This document shows, in pieces, positions 15,529 through 26,141 of a stretch of 59,455 bases of DNA; the stretch's first letter is position 1, and the number at the start of each line of letters is the position of its first letter. The notes under the pieces were generated by a model that was not told where the DNA came from, ran no database searches, and worked only from the letters and a program-made list of their open reading frames with translations. This stretch comes from a virus. Lineage: Duplodnaviria > Caudoviricetes. Where the stretch lies: positions 1-59,455 of the IMG/VR virus record IMGVR_UViG_3300017911_002575; one strand, given 5' to 3'. The position numbers and the translations under genes were made by a program.

Positions 15529-16249
15529 TTTTACATACGAAGACAAAGCAGAAGAAATAGATATTGAAATTAAAAAAAGGAGGGGGAAATGGTTCCTAGA
15601 CTCACTTGCATGGTTTGACTTTGAAGATGTTGAGCAAATCATAAAAGCTCATATTTATAAAAAATGGCATCAATGGGATCAAAGAAGATCTTTAAAGCCG
15701 TGGATCAATAAGATTATCACCAATCAAATGAAAAATATTTTGCGTAACAATTACAGTAATTTTGTTAGACCATGCCTAAACTGTCCATTTAATCAATCCT
15801 GCGCCGCTAAAGATGGGGGTGAAGCCTCTCTATGCGGTTTCACTAAAAGTGGATTGCAAGACTCTTCTTGCCCACTGTACGCCAAATGGGAGAGAACTAA
15901 AAAACCAGCTTACGGAATTAAGATGGCTTTAGCTCTTGAAAATCATACGCATGAAGTTGGAGCTATGCAAGATAATAGTTTTGATATTGTGGCATCCCAA
16001 GAAAAACTAAATCTACAAATGAAGAAACATTTATCTCCAAAACAATTTGCTGTATATGATTTGCTATTTATCAAAAACTTAGACGAAGAAGAAGTTGCAA
16101 AAAAGATGGGATACAAGACTACTGAAAAAGGAAGAAAAGCAGGATATAAACAAATCAAAAATTTAAAAAAGATGTTCAAACAAAAAGCTCAAGAGATTCT
16201 TGAATCAGAAGACATTATTTCTGTTCGAAAACCTACATTATGGACTTAA
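15503..16249 (+). CDS. phage ECF-like RNA polymerase sigma factor with Cys-rich insertion
   Basis: Region-2-like DFEDVEQ..YKKW..WD....LKPWINKIITNQMKNILR; region-4-like LSPKQFAVYDLLFIKNLDEEEVAKKMG; CLNC..C..C..C between them; start uncertain (GTG 15503). Confidence 0.75.
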   Translation: MADQEKSPNFTYEDKAEEIDIEIKKRRGKWFLDSLAWFDFEDVEQIIKAHIYKKWHQWDQRRSLKPWINKIITNQMKNILRNNYSNFVRPCLNCPFNQSCAAKDGGEASLCGFTKSGLQDSSCPLYAKWERTKKPAYGIKMALALENHTHEVGAMQDNSFDIVASQEKLNLQMKKHLSPKQFAVYDLLFIKNLDEEEVAKKMGYKTTEKGRKAGYKQIKNLKKMFKQKAQEILESEDIISVRKPTLWT

Positions 16250-17292
16250 GCGAAGAACAAAAGCAAATTATCAGAGATAACTCTGGAGAAGTCTCTGACC
16301 TTTCTGAATTGACCGCATTAGTTTTTCCTGAAGCAGAAAACGTAGATGGAAGAACAAAAGAGGGTCGAGCAGTAAGAGAGTTTTTGTTGAAAAATAAAAT
16401 TGAATATGAAACCAAGCATGTATACCCTAAAGATGATATTGACTTGACAGAAGAGCAAAAATCATTTGTTGACGAGTCAATTACTCAAGGCATGACATGC
16501 ATGCAGGTTGCTACAATATTATTTCCAGAACAAAGATTGGTTCATACAAGCAAAGAATACCTTGCTGTATATAACTATGTTGACCAACATGAATTGATTA
16601 ACACCCCAAGCTCTGAGAGCGCTATTAATAAAAAATATTCTCCTCCAAAAGCTGCCAGTAAAATCATAAAAAAAATAAATGATTGTGCTCAAACCAGTAT
16701 CAATGAAAGTAAGCTTAGCCTTAATGAAAGAAAAGGTATGGAGGCTCTTGGCGGATTTTTATCTTCCCCAAGGTTTATACAGGTAATCAATACATACGAT
16801 AGTCAACAGGATCGTGATTTATTTGAGGCAGAATTTGTTCGTGCAACTTGGGACAAACCAGATTTAACAAGTGATGAAATTAATTTATATATCAATGTAT
16901 GCATGGACTATATTCATCTAAAGAATATACAAGCTGCAATCAATAAATTGAATAGAATGTTTGATGAAGCAGAAGATCAACAAGATCTAACTGTTAGATT
17001 AGCTGAACTATTAAAAACAAAAAGCGAGGAATATAATCAATGCGAAAAACGTATGGAATCATTGATTCAAAAGTTACAAGGTGACCGTTCAAAAAGAATC
17101 AACACAAAGCAGCAGCAAAATGCAAATATATTGGCTCTTGTTCAATTATTTCAAGAAGAAGAGGAGCGGGCTGTTATGCTGAAAATTGCAGAACTACAAA
17201 AACAATCTGCAGCAGAGGAAGCAGATAGATTGGAATCTATGCCTGACTGGAAGGCAAGAGTCCTTGGAATATCTAAAGAAGATGTCATCTGA
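16240..17292 (+). CDS. hypothetical protein with C-terminal coiled coil (possibly packaging-related)
   Basis: ORF track; lies upstream of the terminase. Confidence 0.7.
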   Translation: MDLSEEQKQIIRDNSGEVSDLSELTALVFPEAENVDGRTKEGRAVREFLLKNKIEYETKHVYPKDDIDLTEEQKSFVDESITQGMTCMQVATILFPEQRLVHTSKEYLAVYNYVDQHELINTPSSESAINKKYSPPKAASKIIKKINDCAQTSINESKLSLNERKGMEALGGFLSSPRFIQVINTYDSQQDRDLFEAEFVRATWDKPDLTSDEINLYINVCMDYIHLKNIQAAINKLNRMFDEAEDQQDLTVRLAELLKTKSEEYNQCEKRMESLIQKLQGDRSKRINTKQQQNANILALVQLFQEEEERAVMLKIAELQKQSAAEEADRLESMPDWKARVLGISKEDVI

Positions 17293-17965
17293 AAAAAAAG
17301 TTTTATACGGAAAATATTTTGCACCACAAGAAACAGAAGATGCAGAGTCTAAGTTTTATGGTAAAAATACCCTGGGCTTTGGTTGGAGACCTGGAGATCC
17401 TGAGTTTGAACTAGTAATTGATTCATGCACAATCGATGGTGGAGGAGTGGCAGAAGCCTTGAAGCTATCTTTTTGTAAAAATGTTACCGTCAAGAACACT
17501 CAAGTGTTCGGAGGGTATGAAGATTGTGTTGATATAGTGCGAGGAAGTAATATCACCTTTGAGAATTGTACATTTTTCGCAGGAGAAAAAACAAAACAAC
17601 ATATTACTTGCAAGGGAGGTGCGAAAAATATATTATTTAAAAATTGTAAATTCGTTGGATCTTTTAGAAATTGGTGGGACGGAGCATGTATAGATTTAGG
17701 CAATTGGACAGATTATGATGATGTAGAGCGACCTATGGTTAGAAACGTTCATATCATCAATTGTTCTATGCAGGATGTATCGTGTCCAGTTTTATATCGA
17801 AGATTGTATTCTGAGACTCCCTATGTTTCATACTCAAAAGGTTTCAAATTTAATATACCAAGATTATTTACAAAAGCTTTTTGGTTTTTGCAGCGAAAAG
17901 GCTTGATTGGCGAACGAAGAAGGTTTGACAATGAACTGCTTAAAATTTACGATATAGAAAAATGA
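17282..17965 (+). CDS. right-handed parallel beta-helix protein
   Basis: Repeated NVTVKN / EDCVDI / NITFENCTF / NILFKNCKF rungs. Confidence 0.75.
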   Translation: MSSEKKVLYGKYFAPQETEDAESKFYGKNTLGFGWRPGDPEFELVIDSCTIDGGGVAEALKLSFCKNVTVKNTQVFGGYEDCVDIVRGSNITFENCTFFAGEKTKQHITCKGGAKNILFKNCKFVGSFRNWWDGACIDLGNWTDYDDVERPMVRNVHIINCSMQDVSCPVLYRRLYSETPYVSYSKGFKFNIPRLFTKAFWFLQRKGLIGERRRFDNELLKIYDIEK

Positions 17966-18879
17966 ATACTTGTAAAATATGCTCCAAAGAATTCGAAACA
18001 GAGAAAAAACTGCATATGCATTTGCGGTCACATAAAATTACTCTTGCAGAATACTATACAAAATATTATCCAAGAAAAAACTTATTAACTGGAGATCCAT
18101 TACCATTTAAAAATAAAGAACAATACTTTGACCGGGATTTTTCGAATCGAAATCAATTGTTAAAATGGTGCGCTCAAAATTCAGATGATACTGTGAAAGA
18201 GTATATTCTTGAATTACTCAAAAAAAGAGTTGCCAGAAAAGAATTATCTTACGGCCCATCTCATTTAGAATTAAAAACAAGCGATATGCCAACTGTAGAT
18301 ATTTATCAAAAACATTTTGGTTCATATTCTAAAGCTTGCGAGCTAGCAGGTGTCAAACCTTTATTCTCATCAAAATTACCAGAAGAATGGCAAAATAAAG
18401 TTCCCGAAGATGCAAAAATATTTATTGATACTCGAGAACAACAACCTCTGACGTTTAAAAATTCAGAATCATTAAAATTAGATTTCGGAGATTATGCTGT
18501 AGCAAAAAAATATTATGATTATACATATGTTGACCGCAAAAGCGAAGGAGACTTTAAGTCAACGCTGAGCAAAAATAATTTAGAACGATTCAGGGCTGAA
18601 TTGCAAAGAACGAAAGATTTTGATAGTTATTTATTTGTTGTTACTGAAACCGATATGAGTACCATGGAAAAAAGAAATAGGTGGTCTCCCCATACATCCA
18701 ATATGAAATATATTTATCACAACATGAGAGTTCTTGCTCATGAATTTGCTGGACATTGTCAATTTGTATTTACTGGCGGAAGAAAACAATCAGAATATAT
18801 TATTCCAAAAATTTTAACTTTGGGTAAAAAATTGTGGAACGTTGATCTGCAGTATTACATCAGCAATAAATTAATTTAA
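17962..18879 (+). CDS. C2H2 zinc finger + ERCC4/XPF-type nuclease
   Basis: CKICSKEF...HLRSH; IDTREQQP, GDY, DRKS. Confidence 0.8.
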   Translation: MNTCKICSKEFETEKKLHMHLRSHKITLAEYYTKYYPRKNLLTGDPLPFKNKEQYFDRDFSNRNQLLKWCAQNSDDTVKEYILELLKKRVARKELSYGPSHLELKTSDMPTVDIYQKHFGSYSKACELAGVKPLFSSKLPEEWQNKVPEDAKIFIDTREQQPLTFKNSESLKLDFGDYAVAKKYYDYTYVDRKSEGDFKSTLSKNNLERFRAELQRTKDFDSYLFVVTETDMSTMEKRNRWSPHTSNMKYIYHNMRVLAHEFAGHCQFVFTGGRKQSEYIIPKILTLGKKLWNVDLQYYISNKLI

Positions 18880-20750
18880 TGGCTTGGGAAACAGGAAAAC
18901 AATTATCTCGAAGAGGAGATGACGATTTCAATAAGCAATTGAGTGAAGTCAAAGGTTTTATTGAAGAGAAAGAGGCTAAAATATTGTTGTATAAATTTCT
19001 GCGCGAGAATATTACATTTACTGCAGATTTAGTGAGCGGAGTACAACTGTTTCCATTTCAGCATATGGCAATCAAGGCTATGTTTAGCACCGACTACTTT
19101 ATGGGCGTTTGGAGCCGGGGTATGAGTAAATCATTTACTACGGCAATTTATGCATATCTGGATGCTATGCTCAATCAAGGAGTTGAAATAGGTATTCTCT
19201 CTAAATCTTTTCGTCAGGCAAAAATGATCTTCAAGAAAATTGAGGATATCGCTGCGAAACCTGGAGCCGCTTATTTATCACAATGTATTACCCATAAATC
19301 CAAAAGCAATGACGAATGGTTGCTTGAAATTGGCAACAGCAGAATTAGAGCTCTACCTCTTGGTGATGGTGAAAAGCTTCGGGGTTTTCGTTTTCATAGA
19401 ATCATTATCGACGAGTTTGCGTTGATGCCAGAACGTATTTACAATGAGGTTATCATTCCATTCTTGAGTGTTGTAGAAAATCCAACTCAACGAGAAGCTC
19501 TTCATAATCTAGAAACTGGACTCATTGAGAAAGGAGAAATGAAAGAAGAGGATCGTCATATTTGGAAAAACAATAAACTGATTGCTCTGAGTTCTGCTAG
19601 TTATAAATTTGAATATATGTACAAAGCATACGAGCAGTTTGAAGAATTAATTAGGACAGGAAGCTCCAAGCAGAGTGACGCTCATAGAGTGATCATGCAA
19701 TTTAGTTATGACTGCGCTCCACGACAACTGTACGATCAAAACCTTTTGAATCAAGCAAAATCTACAATGAGTCAGAGTCAGTTTGACCGAGAGTTTGGAT
19801 CGATATTTACAGATGATAGTAGTGGCTACTTTAAAACATCGAAAATGGCTGCTTGCACTCTAAAAGATGGAGAATCTCCAACGATAGAAGTTGCTGGAGA
19901 AATTGGCGCGAAGTATATTCTTGCATTCGATCCCAGTTGGGCAGAAAGTGAGAGTAGTGATGATTTTGCAATGATGATTTTAAAATTGAATGACGACAAA
20001 AAAACTGGAACGGTTGTTCATAGCTATGCTTTAAGCGGAACTAATCTAAAACAACACATTTTTTATTTTTATTATTTACTAACTCATTTTAATATTGTGA
20101 GTATTGTTGGCGACTATAATGGAGGCGTACAATTTATCAATGCATGCAATGAAAGTAGTTTGTTTAAGAAAAACAAAATGAACATCAAGTGCCTAAACAC
20201 AAACTTTGATGATCTCGAACACTATCAAGAAAAATTAATAGAAGGAAAAGGAGAATACAATCTTGACGACAAAACTATTTGTTATCTGCGAAAACCTACG
20301 AGTGCATGGATAAGATTGGCAAATGAATTGTTGCAAGCAAATTTTGATCACAATAGAATACATTTTGCAAGTCGAGCAATTGATGATGCATATAACGAGC
20401 AACGCAAAAAGAAAATACCAATTCAAGATATTAAATTCCTACGCACATCTCAAAGTTTAGAGCGGCAAACCGACGCTGCAAAAATGATTGACTTCGTGGA
20501 GCATCAATTTGATATGATGAACTTGATCAAAACACAATGCTCATTGATTCAAATTACAACCTCTGCCAGTGGCACACAAAATTTCGATTTACCATCAAAT
20601 CTAAAACGCCAAACTGGACCAGAAAAAGCGAGAAAAGATAGTTATTCTGCATTGGTACTTGGAAACTGGATGGTAAAATTGTATTATGATATGATGAACG
20701 CAAAAGCAGAAAAAGTAAATTATACTTTTGCTCCCATGTTTATAAAGTGA
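18879..20750 (+). CDS. terL: terminase large subunit
   Basis: LFPFQ, SRGMSKS (Walker A variant), LRGFR, IIIDEF (Walker B), FDREF, LAFDPS nuclease, KDSYSAL. Confidence 0.9.
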   Translation: MAWETGKQLSRRGDDDFNKQLSEVKGFIEEKEAKILLYKFLRENITFTADLVSGVQLFPFQHMAIKAMFSTDYFMGVWSRGMSKSFTTAIYAYLDAMLNQGVEIGILSKSFRQAKMIFKKIEDIAAKPGAAYLSQCITHKSKSNDEWLLEIGNSRIRALPLGDGEKLRGFRFHRIIIDEFALMPERIYNEVIIPFLSVVENPTQREALHNLETGLIEKGEMKEEDRHIWKNNKLIALSSASYKFEYMYKAYEQFEELIRTGSSKQSDAHRVIMQFSYDCAPRQLYDQNLLNQAKSTMSQSQFDREFGSIFTDDSSGYFKTSKMAACTLKDGESPTIEVAGEIGAKYILAFDPSWAESESSDDFAMMILKLNDDKKTGTVVHSYALSGTNLKQHIFYFYYLLTHFNIVSIVGDYNGGVQFINACNESSLFKKNKMNIKCLNTNFDDLEHYQEKLIEGKGEYNLDDKTICYLRKPTSAWIRLANELLQANFDHNRIHFASRAIDDAYNEQRKKKIPIQDIKFLRTSQSLERQTDAAKMIDFVEHQFDMMNLIKTQCSLIQITTSASGTQNFDLPSNLKRQTGPEKARKDSYSALVLGNWMVKLYYDMMNAKAEKVNYTFAPMFIK

Positions 20751-20765
20751 GTGTACAATCTGTAG

Positions 20766-22397
20766 ATGTCTAATTATAAATATACAACAACTTTTGATAG
20801 TGTAGTTTTTGCTTCTAGTGATATTGAGGAATCTAATATTAGCAAAGCTTCACTCGAGGCTTTGCGACCACTGATCCCTCAAAACATAAATCTAGATCGC
20901 AATATAGACTTGCTAGGAGTAGCTTTTAATGCTGCTGTGGTTAACAAATTTAATAAAAACGGAGATGGTATCAGCAGTGAATCTGCTGTAGCAATTAAAG
21001 ATTACTTCGTTCACAAACCAACCAACATCGAGCACGATCGAGATAGAATTGTAGGACATATTGTTTCTGCAGGTTTTTCAAAATACGATGAGTCTTCTGG
21101 TCTTATGAGTGATGAAGAGGCATTGATCGAAGAAGGTTCTTACAATATAGCTCTTGCTGCAGTGGTATATAAAACTGCAAGCAAAGAGTTTGCTGACTTG
21201 GTTGTCAATTCAACAGATGCTGATAGCGATTATTACGCAACTGTATCTGCAAGCTGGGAAGTTGGTTTTAATGAATATGTAATTTCTGTTGGAGGAGATG
21301 ATCTATATGAATCTACTATCATATCTGATCCAGAAGAAGTGAAAGCATATTCTCCGTATTTAAAAGCTTTAGGTGGAAAAGGAACTTTGCAAGATGGTCG
21401 CAAGGTTAATCGTTTGATTATTGGTGATATATATCCTCTAGGTATTGGGTTCACATCTAATCCTGCTGCAGACGTTAAAGGTTTGGTTGCACAACAAGGA
21501 GAAGAAAAGCCCAAGCAATCAAATCGCAATGAGCCTATTGATCGAATCATAACAAAAAGCAAAAAAATTTCCCATTCCTCTCAAGAAAATGTACTAAACA
21601 AAGAAACCAATAATAATACTATTATGGACAAAGAAACAATCATAAATGAATTCCGAGCAGCTTTAGATGAAAAGCTTGGCAGCCAAGATTTCTCTGAAGA
21701 GAGCGTCGCAAGTATCTCTAAAGTGTTTATCGAAGCTATCCGCGAGAAAGGCGAACAATATGTTGCCGACCTCGAAAAAGCTAAAGCTGAAAAAGAAGAA
21801 GCTGTTCAGGCTCAAAACTCCGTTCAAGAGAAAATGAGTGAAGTGGAACAGCAATTACAGGCCACTCAAGAAAAGCTTGCAGCTCTTGAAGAAGAGAATG
21901 CTGCTCGCGAAGCTGAAGTTCGTTTTAATGCCCGCATGGAGCTTTTAAACGAGATTTATCAACTTGATGAGGAGGATTCCAAAATTGTAGCATCTGAACT
22001 TTCTAGCCTTGATGAAACTGAAGAAAGTTTCGCAGGTTATCAAGAAAAGCTTGCTAAAGTTTGGAAACACAAAAACAAAGAATTTATTGCTGCTGAACAA
22101 AAAGCATTTGAAGATCGCGTAGCTCAAGAAGTTGAGAAACGTATCGCTCAAACTGCTGAAGCTTCAGAAGCACAAACAGAACAGATTGAAGAAAAATCTG
22201 AAGAACAAGTTGAAGTAGCAGAAGCTTCCGAAACTCAAGAAGAAGCTGAAGAGTCAGATGAAGTATCTGAAGCTTTAGAGAATCTTGAAGTAGAAGAAGC
22301 AGCTATTGTAAACAATAATGAAGGGTCTTCAAATGGAGAATCTCTTCGTGATCGTCTTTCCAAGACCTTCAAAGAATCTGTTAAAATTTCATACTAA
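20766..22397 (+). CDS. prohead protease/scaffold fusion
   Basis: NKNGD, KPTNIEH..DRIVGHI, SASWEV protease-like N-half; acidic coiled-coil C-half; position before capsid genes. Confidence 0.75.
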   Translation: MSNYKYTTTFDSVVFASSDIEESNISKASLEALRPLIPQNINLDRNIDLLGVAFNAAVVNKFNKNGDGISSESAVAIKDYFVHKPTNIEHDRDRIVGHIVSAGFSKYDESSGLMSDEEALIEEGSYNIALAAVVYKTASKEFADLVVNSTDADSDYYATVSASWEVGFNEYVISVGGDDLYESTIISDPEEVKAYSPYLKALGGKGTLQDGRKVNRLIIGDIYPLGIGFTSNPAADVKGLVAQQGEEKPKQSNRNEPIDRIITKSKKISHSSQENVLNKETNNNTIMDKETIINEFRAALDEKLGSQDFSEESVASISKVFIEAIREKGEQYVADLEKAKAEKEEAVQAQNSVQEKMSEVEQQLQATQEKLAALEEENAAREAEVRFNARMELLNEIYQLDEEDSKIVASELSSLDETEESFAGYQEKLAKVWKHKNKEFIAAEQKAFEDRVAQEVEKRIAQTAEASEAQTEQIEEKSEEQVEVAEASETQEEAEESDEVSEALENLEVEEAAIVNNNEGSSNGESLRDRLSKTFKESVKISY

Positions 22398-22420
22398 AAA
22401 ATAAATAGGAGAAAAGAATT

Positions 22421-23074
22421 ATGGCAAAAAAAATACTACCATACCGAGACTACAGCGAACATGACGTTCTTAACCTGTTCTCTCTTGACGTTGCTTCGTC
22501 TGACACGCTCACCGAGTGGGTTGAAGCTTCAAACGGCAAGTGGGACTCTGGCGTTGTTGTTCAAGTAAAGGCAGGAGATCTGCCCGGTGATCTGCCAGGA
22601 GAAGGTGGACTTAAAACCTCTGGAAAACTTAGAGCATATTTAGGTTCCGATCCTTCTAGCGCACACATCGGATTCAATGCATACCCTTCCAACGGTATGA
22701 CAGTAGAACCTGCAGACGACGCATCCGCAGCTATCGGAATCACTCTTCGTGAAACCTTGGCTTACGATGAAAATGGAGAAAAACTTCTCTATTACAAAAG
22801 AAAGCTTGATGAAGCTCAAGCAGTACTTCCTGGTCAAACAGTTCCTGTGTTAACTCGCGGAACAGTTACATTAACTGTTGGTACCGCTAATGCAGCTGTT
22901 ATTGACTCAGACCTTAGCAACGTAGTAGCAGGCGCAAAACTGACCGTTGGAGCAAATGGAGTCTTGAACATCGCTAATCCTGCATCTGATACAGTTGTTG
23001 GTTCAATCATTGCGATCGGTAAAGATTCTGACGTAGATGGAACCAGCAAAGCTCTCTGCCGCATCAACTTCTAA
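22421..23074 (+). CDS. capsid decoration/cement protein
   Basis: Position between scaffold and MCP; beta-rich; strong SD. Confidence 0.55.
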   Translation: MAKKILPYRDYSEHDVLNLFSLDVASSDTLTEWVEASNGKWDSGVVVQVKAGDLPGDLPGEGGLKTSGKLRAYLGSDPSSAHIGFNAYPSNGMTVEPADDASAAIGITLRETLAYDENGEKLLYYKRKLDEAQAVLPGQTVPVLTRGTVTLTVGTANAAVIDSDLSNVVAGAKLTVGANGVLNIANPASDTVVGSIIAIGKDSDVDGTSKALCRINF

Positions 23075-23091
23075 TCAAGGAATCTAAGAAA

Positions 23092-24219
23092 ATGAAAATT
23101 ACTTTAGAAAAAACCCCCGAGCAAGTCGAGCTTATCAAAGCTATGGCTTCCAAGAATCGTGATGTTGCTTATGAAGCTCAAACTGCATTGGCTGAATTTA
23201 TTGGCCCAGTTTTGGCTGAAGTTGTTAATACAGCTCCTACTGTTAGTAACATGTTCACATCTCTTCAGTTCAACAGTGACGAAAGCCCAAGTATTCCTTT
23301 GGATCTTTATCACGACATTACTGACGAAGATTACATTCAAGTTTGGAGTCAATCCGTTCCTGGCGGACTTCCTACCAACCAAGTTGCTCCTTCACAAAGC
23401 GAGATCAAGTTCACCACTTATACTCTCGACAGTGCATTGAGCTTCGACAAGCGTTACGCTTCTCGTTCCCGACTTGACGTTGTTAGCAAGACTTTCACAC
23501 GTATGGCTCAAGAAATTCTTCTCAAGCAAGAAAAAACTGCAGCAACTATGATTATGTCTGCTTTGGCTGGCGCTGAAACAAAAGCTGGAGACAAGCATGT
23601 TATTCGTTCTGCTCAGGCAAATCGCTTCTTGCTTTCTGACCTCAACAAATTGTTCACCCTGGCCAAAAGAATCAATACTTCTTGGACAGGTGGTACTCCT
23701 GCTGAGCGTCGCGGACGTGGAATCACAGACATCTTGGTTTCACCTGAAATCGTAGAAGAAATTCGTGGTTTGGCTTATAATCCAATCAACACAACCAGCA
23801 ACCGCGATGATGGCGGAGATATTGCTGGTACCGACAGCATGCGCGATGCTATCTTCAATAGCGCTGGAATTCCTGAATTCTATGGCGTATCCATTCAAGA
23901 ATATAATGAAATGGGCGTTAAAGGCAAATGGAATGATGTATTTGATACTGCGTCTTCTGATAATTACGCAGCTCATTATACTACCAGCGCTGCTGCTTCA
24001 GCTTTCGATGGAGATAATGAAGAAATCATTGTTGGTGTTGATCTTAGCCGCGAATCTATGATTCGTGCGGTAGCAACCGATTCCGAGTCCGGAGACGAGT
24101 TTTCTCTCGTAGCCGACGACCAATTCGTAACACGTCAATCCAAGATTGGTTATTACGGTTCTCTCGAAGAAGGCCGTATGATCATCGACGATCGCGTATT
24201 GCTTGGTCTTATCGTTTAA
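23092..24219 (+). CDS. major capsid protein
   Basis: 375 aa; synteny; highly expressed codon style; TDILVSPE and C-terminal IGYYGSLEEG..IIDDR; followed by a terminator. Confidence 0.8.
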   Translation: MKITLEKTPEQVELIKAMASKNRDVAYEAQTALAEFIGPVLAEVVNTAPTVSNMFTSLQFNSDESPSIPLDLYHDITDEDYIQVWSQSVPGGLPTNQVAPSQSEIKFTTYTLDSALSFDKRYASRSRLDVVSKTFTRMAQEILLKQEKTAATMIMSALAGAETKAGDKHVIRSAQANRFLLSDLNKLFTLAKRINTSWTGGTPAERRGRGITDILVSPEIVEEIRGLAYNPINTTSNRDDGGDIAGTDSMRDAIFNSAGIPEFYGVSIQEYNEMGVKGKWNDVFDTASSDNYAAHYTTSAAASAFDGDNEEIIVGVDLSRESMIRAVATDSESGDEFSLVADDQFVTRQSKIGYYGSLEEGRMIIDDRVLLGLIV

Positions 24220-24246
24220 TTTTAATCAAATTAACGTTTTATAAAA

Positions 24247-24280
24247 GGTCCACCTCAGGAAACTGGGGTGGATTTTTTAT
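24247..24280 (+). terminator. rho-independent terminator
   Basis: TCCACCTCAG-GAAA-CTGGGGTGGA + T-tract. Confidence 0.9.
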
Positions 24281-24334
24281 TTTATCAGTTTACTATATAT
24301 TAGTGTATTATCTATCAAGGAAAAAGGTATAATT

Positions 24335-24742
24335 ATGGCAAAGAAAAAAACAACCACGAGCAAGTCAACTGCTTCCAAAAAGAAGCAGCCCAAACTTGAA
24401 CAATTACAACAAACAAACGGAAAAACCTATGAAGAGCAAGTGGCTCGAGCAAGAGAGCTTGAAGATATTCTTGGTATTCCGCAAATCAATCCATTCAAGA
24501 CAAACGACAAAAACGTATTCAATGAAATGATCAAAGATATGAATCTTACAGATCTTCAGGCTTTTGCCGTAAAAGTTGGTGTTTTTCCCGCAGGAAATAA
24601 AACGGTTTTAAAAAACAAAATAAAAAGAGCTTTTGAATCTAGTTTGCATGGCAAGGGCTCTGTGCAAGTAATGGGTCAACCAAAACAATTAGATCCAAAC
24701 AATCCCAAGCATAAAAGTGTAATTGATTATTTAAAAGGATAA
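24335..24742 (+). CDS. hypothetical (likely virion/head-completion) protein
   Basis: ORF track; GTGTA at 24303. Confidence 0.7.
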   Translation: MAKKKTTTSKSTASKKKQPKLEQLQQTNGKTYEEQVARARELEDILGIPQINPFKTNDKNVFNEMIKDMNLTDLQAFAVKVGVFPAGNKTVLKNKIKRAFESSLHGKGSVQVMGQPKQLDPNNPKHKSVIDYLKG

Positions 24743-24745
24743 ACT

Positions 24746-25600
24746 ATGCACGGAGATATCGAACAAGAAATATCAAGCCTTCAGGTTGTATATGATAATT
24801 TAGATGCTGGATTATCGAGTCTTGCATATGAGGACTTTGATTATGATAAAGATATCTCTAGTTTAAGTGTTTATCAAGATGGCATTATCTCAAGTTTAGA
24901 ATATTTTGAGGCAGAAAATACTGGACAATATATAAATGATATTTCTAGTCTCCAAGTTGAGACTGGTTTTATTGGTGATGCTATATCCAGTTTATCATAT
25001 GAAGATGAATTGAATGATAATGAAATGGCTGTTCTCAGTGGCAAGATGCACGACCTCGCTGAGGACATCAATATCCTTAAATCATATTGGGATAATCACA
25101 AGCCATCCTCAAGAGTTCGTCAACTAGCTCAAAGAATATATGATGAAGAAATTGGTTTCGAAACAGGAGACGCAAGAACTACAGAAATTTCTTTGATTGG
25201 AGATTGGTTGGAAGGTCATCTTGGTGAACTAAATGCACTGATTTTCACATCATTTAGCGGTTACGACCCTCAAGGATTTAATCTTGAAGAGCAAGCAATA
25301 CTAAAAGAATTGTACCTCGCTGAATACAATCGCAAGGCTCACAGAAGAGTTTTGCGTGGTATTGACGGCAGCAACGGAGCTCCAGACTTTCAAGTGATTA
25401 AAGAAGGAGATTCTATGATTCAGAAATCAAATAAAAATGTAACCGCCAAAAGTTACAGAGAAGCATATCTTGATTCTCAGCAAAGAGTAAAAGATTTAGT
25501 GCATTCGTATAATCTATATGGTGCAAAACCAAGTCAAGTAGTTGGAGATGACGCTCCTGTATCTGGACAAAACTCTAGCATCGATAGGTATTACAATTAA
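24746..25600 (+). CDS. putative head-tail/virion protein with N-terminal (D/E)ISSL repeats
   Basis: About six xISSL-like units in the N-terminal third. Confidence 0.65.
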   Translation: MHGDIEQEISSLQVVYDNLDAGLSSLAYEDFDYDKDISSLSVYQDGIISSLEYFEAENTGQYINDISSLQVETGFIGDAISSLSYEDELNDNEMAVLSGKMHDLAEDINILKSYWDNHKPSSRVRQLAQRIYDEEIGFETGDARTTEISLIGDWLEGHLGELNALIFTSFSGYDPQGFNLEEQAILKELYLAEYNRKAHRRVLRGIDGSNGAPDFQVIKEGDSMIQKSNKNVTAKSYREAYLDSQQRVKDLVHSYNLYGAKPSQVVGDDAPVSGQNSSIDRYYN

Positions 25601-25619
25601 AATTGTGTAATAATTAATT

Positions 25620-26141
25620 ATGAGCGAATTATCAGAAAGCAACTTTAATAACAATTCCAATAAATTAGCTAAATCTCAGTTGTTTCATGTTTGGAAAAAA
25701 GCAAGAATAATGTATGAGATGGTTAATGACAATACGGAACTTGAAGATGTTGTGCGTAAAAATGTTGCCGAAGCATATGAAGCAATTGATCGTGCGTTAC
25801 AATACTTAGAGTACGAAAAAATCTTCCCAAGCAAACGAGAAGAAGCAGAGGAAGATGAAAAAAGCAAAAACAATTATCTAAGCAATGAAGACAAAAGGTA
25901 TCCTGTTCCTGTGGAGCAAGAAAATGGAGATCAATTTGTTACTCGATGTATACTAGATGCAAACATGAAAAAACGTTACCCTGTACAAGGAGATCGTTTT
26001 GCAGCTTGTATGTCAATTTACAATAATAAAACTTCTTCACCTAGCGAAAATTCTCATGATAATCCGGGAGAAAAATTTGAAGATCCTATGGCAACTAAAG
26101 ATCCTGAGCTGCCAGATCCTCCTAAGCCTCTTCTTCCGTAA
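25620..26141 (+). CDS. hypothetical protein
   Basis: GTGTA-N10-ATG; FVTRC...DRFAAC motif. Confidence 0.7.
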   Translation: MSELSESNFNNNSNKLAKSQLFHVWKKARIMYEMVNDNTELEDVVRKNVAEAYEAIDRALQYLEYEKIFPSKREEAEEDEKSKNNYLSNEDKRYPVPVEQENGDQFVTRCILDANMKKRYPVQGDRFAACMSIYNNKTSSPSENSHDNPGEKFEDPMATKDPELPDPPKPLLP

